Source: an uncultured Fenollaria sp. (GTDB lineage Bacteria; Bacillota; Clostridia; Tissierellales; Peptoniphilaceae). Taken from it: a stretch of DNA of 64,000 bases. Below, one piece after another: positions 61,839 to 64,000 of the stretch. Where the stretch lies: positions 7,174-71,173 of the forward strand of contig NZ_CAMJVK010000001.1 of the NCBI RefSeq assembly GCF_946221515.1. Direction: 5' to 3'. The notes under the pieces are model-generated. The model made no database searches. It saw only the letters and a program-made list of their open reading frames with translations, and had not been told where the DNA came from. A program made the translations under genes and the position numbers. Each line of letters begins with the position of its first letter. Position 1 is the stretch's first letter.

Positions 61839-63354
61839 TTCCTTTATTTCTTAGTCCCATGATAAGCGCTGCATACATAACAAAATATATGATCATAGCT
61901 GGGAACTCAAATATATTCTCAACAGAGTTTTGAATCAAAACGCCTAAAGCGCCACAGAATAGTCCGCATGCTAGTATCTTATTATCTAAGTTCTTTTGTG
62001 TAAAAACTACTTTTAATGTAGATATTAAAAAGCCGAGTATCATAAAGCCTATGGCACATATACCATAGTAACCTGTTTCGACTAAGGTCTTCAAGTAGTA
62101 GTTATCTAAGTAAAATGGCGATAAATCATTATTTAAAGCAACTGCTCCACCATATCTGCCTAGGCCAACGCCCCAAAACTTATGCTTTGACCAAACTTTT
62201 AAGCCAATTGTCCATCTATATATCCTGCCTCCACTAGCTGATTTAAACATGTATTCTGGTGTTAGCATGTATAATAATCTTGTTGATAGTGAGTTGCCCG
62301 ATACTATAAACAAAGAGCCAAGTATTACGAATGGCGTAAGCACACGCACATTTGTAAATAATATAAAGACGAAGATGGCTAGTGCAAAGGCAATCCACGC
62401 GCCTCTTGAGTATGTCAATAGTAGTCCTAATAGCATGACCATTACTTCAATGAAATATATGGCCTTTGACTTTTTATTCTTTTCAATTAAAAATAAAGCT
62501 ATTGCAAGTGGTATTATTAGTACAAATAGTACGCCAAGTATATTTGGCGAGCCTACTATCGAAAAGGCTCTTACCTTTATCGATTCACTTGAGTCAATCC
62601 AGTTGCCTGGCATTTTGACTTTGAATATGAATTGATATAAGGCGTGTAAACCAAGTAAAAATCCGCCGTGCATTATAAATTTTGAAGTTGTCTTAACAAT
62701 ATTTTCATTTGTAAAAAATTGTACAAAGATGTAGTACCATAGAATGTGTTGGAACATAGCTCTAAAGCCTTCTATAGCTATCTTAGTGTTTGGTTGCACT
62801 ACAAGTACATGTATTATACCTAGAATGAAGTATACAGCTAGCACAAAGCCAAATGAAGTGAAATTATATCTGATGCTTCCATTTGAATTCATCCTTCTCA
62901 TTGCTATATAAAAAATCATGAATAAAAAGTAAAATTCATCCCAATAGTTTGCAAATGAGCTCAGTCCGGGTATTCTTCTGATTATATAGTCAGTAAATAT
63001 ATATGCTACAATTACTAAGACAAAAATAAAGCCAAAGTAGTTTGCACCAGTAAGCTTAATAAAGCCCTTGTAAATGATTGACTCATGAAATGCAGTATTA
63101 AATTTGTCAACTATGCCACGGATAAAGCTTTCTTTGTATACTTTGTTTAGCTTTTTATAAAATTTAGACATCTTTTCATCTAGTTTAGCTAATAATTTGT
63201 ATAGATGACTGCCTTTTAAACTATCATTATAAGTTCTTAGTTTATATTGCGGTTTTGTGTAGTCAAATAGAAAGCTTGATCTAAGTAGAGAGAGTATATA
63301 GATGTATATTCTATAAAAAAGACTCTCTTTAAACAGTTTTTCCATCTTAATCAA
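61810..63354 (-). CDS. O-antigen ligase/polymerase (Wzy_C) family polytopic membrane protein
   Basis: 514 aa with ten or more transmembrane helices and an O-antigen-ligase-type loop (LTYSRGAWIAFALAI). Confidence 0.8.
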   Translation of the reverse strand: MIKMEKLFKESLFYRIYIYILSLLRSSFLFDYTKPQYKLRTYNDSLKGSHLYKLLAKLDEKMSKFYKKLNKVYKESFIRGIVDKFNTAFHESIIYKGFIKLTGANYFGFIFVLVIVAYIFTDYIIRRIPGLSSFANYWDEFYFLFMIFYIAMRRMNSNGSIRYNFTSFGFVLAVYFILGIIHVLVVQPNTKIAIEGFRAMFQHILWYYIFVQFFTNENIVKTTSKFIMHGGFLLGLHALYQFIFKVKMPGNWIDSSESIKVRAFSIVGSPNILGVLFVLIIPLAIALFLIEKNKKSKAIYFIEVMVMLLGLLLTYSRGAWIAFALAIFVFILFTNVRVLTPFVILGSLFIVSGNSLSTRLLYMLTPEYMFKSASGGRIYRWTIGLKVWSKHKFWGVGLGRYGGAVALNNDLSPFYLDNYYLKTLVETGYYGICAIGFMILGFLISTLKVVFTQKNLDNKILACGLFCGALGVLIQNSVENIFEFPAMIIYFVMYAALIMGLRNKGIDYESTSSN

Positions 63355-63841
63355 CTTTCTTCCTATCAGCTATAAGCGCACTAAGTCTATAATTATCAGA
63401 CTCTAAAAATATTGTAGAGCCAAGTCTTAGCTCTTGCTTGCCAAACTTAAGCGAGTTATTTACATGTGAAAAATCGCCTTCTATAGTAACTATAGTCTTT
63501 TCCTTAAGTGGATCAATAGCTTTTATTACTTCACCATTGTCATCAACTGTATTTACATAGAAGTCTTCTCTTTTAATATCTTTAACGAAGATATCGAAGT
63601 GATTTTTCATTTCGCCTAGTTGATCGCCTACTCTTATACAATCTGTATTGCCTTTATCTTCATATAAATATAGTGTAGCCTCATACTTTTCAGTTGTTTT
63701 GCCTAAAGTTATATCGGCTACATCTTTTCTCATTAGTTTTAGTGAAGCAAAGAAAACTAAGGCTATTACAATCAATACTGCAAGTATATCTAATAAACTT
63801 ATTTTGCCAAATAATCTTAATTTATTATCTATTATTTTCAT
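63347..63841 (-). CDS. Hypothetical membrane-anchored protein (164 aa)
   Basis: Single N-terminal transmembrane helix. Overlaps both neighbours within the cell-wall glycosylation operon. Confidence 0.6.
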   Translation of the reverse strand: MKIIDNKLRLFGKISLLDILAVLIVIALVFFASLKLMRKDVADITLGKTTEKYEATLYLYEDKGNTDCIRVGDQLGEMKNHFDIFVKDIKREDFYVNTVDDNGEVIKAIDPLKEKTIVTIEGDFSHVNNSLKFGKQELRLGSTIFLESDNYRLSALIADRKKVD

Positions 63842-64000
63842 CTACTTCCTCCACATTAGTTATATAGCCAAGATATGCGTGATCCTTTGTCTTAACGTAC
63901 ATATCAACGCCTGCTTTTATCTCTTGTCCTCCTAAAGACATGTAAGGACCAGTATAGTTGACATTTGCCTTGATCTTAACTATAGGGTTAACAAATTCTG
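63826..64000 (-). CDS. 3' end of an unidentified CDS running off the window (partial; ...YLGYITNVEEVDENNR*)
   Basis: Open minus-strand frame from the window edge to TAA (plus 63826-63828), overlapping the start of the next gene by 16 nt. Confidence 0.4.

Noticed and set aside
1-64000. CRISPR arrays, tRNA/rRNA genes, IS elements.
   Set aside because: No spaced direct-repeat arrays were seen, and no GTTCGAATCC / GTTCAAATCC T-loop-like motifs in intergenic regions. No transposase-like ORFs or terminal inverted repeats were found. The only tandem repeat found is the 27-bp intragenic duplication at 55124-55177.

Overview
This window looks like a core-genome segment of a low-GC (about 30% GC) Gram-positive anaerobe, probably Clostridia or Tissierellia. 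The evidence is the gram-positive replicative polymerase PolC, an IspH-ribosomal protein S1 fusion, and the tig-clpP-clpX-lon-engB and ftsE-ftsX-M23 peptidase-ctpA clusters.

Almost every gene from 61 to 26926 is on the + strand. Almost every gene from 26962 to 64000 is on the - strand. The two blocks converge at a tyrosine recombinase gene.

- Plus-strand block: polC, a structured RNA, a small membrane protein, tlyA, recN, a Nudix hydrolase, pdp, an M50 protease, scpA, scpB, rluB, a methyltransferase, an RpiR regulator, a flavoprotein, an aroH-cmk fusion, plsC, the ispH-rpsA fusion, miaB, mutS, mutL, miaA and a PLP-dependent enzyme.
- Minus-strand block: a Xer-type recombinase, rny, cls, typA, an orphan HATPase and a divergent rubredoxin, engB, lon, clpX, clpP, tig, lemA, a TPM protein, uvrA, uvrB, a large lipoprotein, a PC4/YdbC-like protein, ctpA, an M23 peptidase, ftsX and ftsE.
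- After a short plus-strand pair (a 5-formyl-THF cyclo-ligase and a CofE-like ligase), the minus strand continues with a lipoprotein plus BlaR1-like and BlaI-like regulators, tkt, and a secondary-cell-wall-polymer-type glycosylation cluster (tagA, a GT4-CsaB fusion, and a Wzy/O-antigen-ligase-like protein).

The most notable item is a roughly 570-nt GC-enriched non-coding region (about 4350-4920) between polC and a small polytopic membrane protein. It is driven by a perfect TTGACA-17-TATAAT promoter and closed by an intrinsic terminator. It is followed by tlyA and recN. That order mirrors the ole-oapA-(dxs)-tlyA-(nadK-argR)-recN locus described for OLE (ornate, large, extremophilic) RNA. I call it a candidate OLE RNA with an OapA-like partner.

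Secondary observations are:
- an in-frame AroH chorismate mutase-cytidylate kinase fusion;
- a 28-bp palindrome, with a 10-mer matching the dif sequence as I recall it, directly upstream of the recombinase at the strand-convergence point, which would suit the replication terminus;
- an AT-rich BlaI/BlaR1-like islet whose sensor domain is not a penicillin-binding domain and carries a perfect 27-bp tandem duplication;
- a CofE-like ligase paired with folate metabolism;
- a GT4-pyruvyltransferase fusion.

I found no tRNA or rRNA genes, no CRISPR arrays and no clear mobile elements.
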